Part shown: positions 62,051 through 64,000 of the stretch, one piece after another
Layout: every line of letters starts with the position of its first letter
Numbering within the stretch: the stretch's first letter is position 1
DNA from: a virus
Strand: one strand, 5' to 3'
Virus record (IMG/VR): IMGVR_UViG_3300025117_000028
Span: 126,285 to 190,284 of that record
Length of the DNA stretch: 64,000 bases
Translations under genes and position numbers: made by a program
The notes under the pieces: model-generated
The model's input: only the letters and a program-made list of their open reading frames with translations
What the model was told of the DNA's origin: nothing
Databases searched by the model: none

Positions 62051-63397
62051 ATGGATAAGAGTTTTAAAGTAACTATTAGCGACAAAGTAGCCGTATATTC
62101 TGATGACAAAGTTCTACAGAATTTAGCGCGCAAAGAAACCAAAGGCGAAAACGGTAAATTAGTTGCTAAAGATGCTAACAAAGTTTATGAAGATCGCGTT
62201 GAATGGTGTTCACACCTATTCAGGAATGATGGTCTTTCTCCCGAAGGGGAATATGTTCCTATCACCGACGCTTTAAATGCTCAAGATGCTTCAATCGTTT
62301 TCCCGAAAACTATTGTAAATCTTGCTCGTGAAGCTCAGGAACCCCTTTTAATTGGTACTGCTCTTCTTGACCGTATCCAATGGAAACCAGGTATGCAGGT
62401 ATTTTTACCTAATGCTATTGGTGCTCTTGGCGGCGTAAAGAGAATGGCAGACATGGAAGAATATCCAGAAGTCAGCCTCCAGATGGGTGGCGGAACTGTA
62501 TTTGATAGTATTGGGAAATTCGGCTTAGCTGTTAAATTCTCCGATGAAATGCTTCGTTATTCGCAGTACGATATTATTGCTATGCATATCCGTGCTGTGG
62601 GTCGTGCCTTCGCTCGCGCGAAAGAATCAAATATTTTTGCCATGATTTCGAGTCTGGGTGAAACGGTATTCGATAATGCCACTCCAGCTAGTTCAGTATT
62701 TGGTATCACTACTGGCCGTGGCCTTACTGGCTCAGCCAATGGTTCTTTAACTGTTGATGACTTATTTGACGCTTATACTCATTTAGTCAGCAAAGGTTAT
62801 AGTCCCGATACTTTACTTATGCATCCTCTTACTTGGAACATGTTTATGCGTGATCCTATTATGCGTATGATGATGCTAAATTCAGGTGGCGGAACTTATT
62901 TCGCTACTTATAATGGTTCCTTCTCAAATACTAATCCTTGGGGCAGCCAACCTGCTAATGGTATTGGTATGGGTCGCGGAACTATGATTAATCCTAATTA
63001 TAGTGAAGTCGAGAATTACAGTCAGAACCTAACCAGTGCTCCTGTTCTTCCTTCTTACTTCCCGTTCCCGTTGCGCATTGTTGTTTCTCCGTTTGTAACT
63101 CATGATCCTATCCGTGATCTCACTGAGATTTATCTCTTTGAGTCAGGAGAATTAGGTGTCATTCTTCAAGACGAAGAACTCACTAGCCAACAGTGGGAAG
63201 ATCCTGCTCGTGATATTCAAAAGATTAAATTCCGTGAAAGATATAATCTTATGATTAAAAATGAGGGTCAGGCTGTCGCTACTTTTGCCAACATCAAAGT
63301 TATTGCTAACCAGGTAGTTCTACCTGCTCAGGCTCAGATTGAAGTTGGTTCGGGTGCTTCAATTGACGAACTTGATCTCCGTACTGCTGTGGTATAA
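62051..63397 (+). CDS. Major capsid protein (HK97 fold)
   Basis: FP..I, EYPE, KFGLAVKFSDEM, PDTLLMHP, IVVSPF, DIQKIKFRERY; AGGAGG RBS. Confidence 0.88.
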   Translation: MDKSFKVTISDKVAVYSDDKVLQNLARKETKGENGKLVAKDANKVYEDRVEWCSHLFRNDGLSPEGEYVPITDALNAQDASIVFPKTIVNLAREAQEPLLIGTALLDRIQWKPGMQVFLPNAIGALGGVKRMADMEEYPEVSLQMGGGTVFDSIGKFGLAVKFSDEMLRYSQYDIIAMHIRAVGRAFARAKESNIFAMISSLGETVFDNATPASSVFGITTGRGLTGSANGSLTVDDLFDAYTHLVSKGYSPDTLLMHPLTWNMFMRDPIMRMMMLNSGGGTYFATYNGSFSNTNPWGSQPANGIGMGRGTMINPNYSEVENYSQNLTSAPVLPSYFPFPLRIVVSPFVTHDPIRDLTEIYLFESGELGVILQDEELTSQQWEDPARDIQKIKFRERYNLMIKNEGQAVATFANIKVIANQVVLPAQAQIEVGSGASIDELDLRTAVV

Positions 63398-63422
63398 TAC
63401 CCCTAGGTAAGTGACTCTAGAT

Positions 63423-63458
63423 GGGGAGGGGGGACTTGCTTCCTCCTCCCCTTTTTTT
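63423..63458 (+). terminator. Rho-independent terminator after MCP
   Basis: GGGGAGGGGGGA-CTTGCT-TCCTCCTCCCC followed by T7. Confidence 0.85.
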
Positions 63459-63469
63459 ATGGGGGAAAA

Positions 63470-63997
63470 ATGAATCGAATTCTCATTTGTTTGAAAGAGC
63501 CTCCTTTGTGGGCTCCAAGACCAGTGTACGATAAATCTTGGTCTGATCTAGCAAAAAAATGTTTATTAACAATGTCTAATCCGGGTCCCATTGAATTAGA
63601 TTTAGATGATATTCCCGCTGAATTACTTAGACAGGTACAACAGGGTTTAAAAGAAGGTGTCTTAACCTCTGATACGGAAATCGCAAAAGTTTTAGAAAGT
63701 GATTTGCAAAAAATTAAGAAGCAAAAACAAAATATGTTTCTTACTGCAGAGCATAAAGCAAAAGCAGAAGAATTAATAAATAATTCATTAGGTAAATTAA
63801 AGAGGCTTATCCGAGATTTAGTAGATAATGACGAACTTATGGTTTTGCGTTGCATGTTAGATCTTGAACGTAAAAATCGCGCGCGCAAGACTGTCGTTTC
63901 CTTACTTATGAAAGCAATTAAAGATTCTATATCTTTTATAGAAATAAATGATAATACCGGTACTTATATGTTGAGTCAAACAATAGATTTTGAATAA
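63470..63997 (+). CDS. Hypothetical protein downstream of MCP
   Basis: LERKNRARKTVVSLL resembles the E..gk.RktV motif seen in phage head-associated proteins. Confidence 0.45.
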   Translation: MNRILICLKEPPLWAPRPVYDKSWSDLAKKCLLTMSNPGPIELDLDDIPAELLRQVQQGLKEGVLTSDTEIAKVLESDLQKIKKQKQNMFLTAEHKAKAEELINNSLGKLKRLIRDLVDNDELMVLRCMLDLERKNRARKTVVSLLMKAIKDSISFIEINDNTGTYMLSQTIDFE

Positions 63998-64000
63998 GGA

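Noticed and set aside
1-64000. DGR reverse transcriptase, Avd and template repeat
   Set aside because: No ORF with RT motifs and no fully AAC-rich copy of the VR was found by eye; 15262-15384 has AACAACAAC but is the drifted end of a CDS.
1-64000. Stop-codon reassignment
   Set aside because: Conserved genes (TerL, portal, MCP, ligase) are intact under the standard code.

Overview
This 64 kb window is part of a large, AT-rich tailed-phage genome with two divergent arms meeting at about 44.7-45.1 kb. The minus-strand arm (1-44.5 kb) holds early/accessory genes: a single-chain two-barrel RNA polymerase candidate, a ClpP-like protease, an RNA ligase, a polynucleotide kinase, a deaminase, a phosphatase, four intact tRNAs, several aberrant tRNA-like RNAs, many small ORFs and a ~3,260-aa multidomain protein. 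The plus-strand arm is the packaging/head module: terminase, portal, prohead protease/scaffold, decoration protein and major capsid protein. Three observations stand out. (1) The giant protein carries 8 exact S-E-G-H motifs, encoded with varying codons and sitting at domain boundaries (DUF1653, PcfJ/GNAT-like, CCA-adding enzyme, zincin), which suggests a site-specifically processed polyprotein. (2) A ~284-nt non-coding element at 25828-26111 reproduces the 23S rRNA uL11-binding GTPase-associated centre (H43/H44), split by a ~200-nt structured insert, with a compensatory base-pair change. (3) Twelve dispersed stand-alone DUF1566/C-type-lectin genes (one frameshifted) plus one truncated copy are present; six end in GC-rich variable repeats showing the adenine-mutagenesis signature of a diversity-generating retroelement, whose RT and template repeat I could not find in the window. 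All assignments come from motif recognition by eye; no database search was run.
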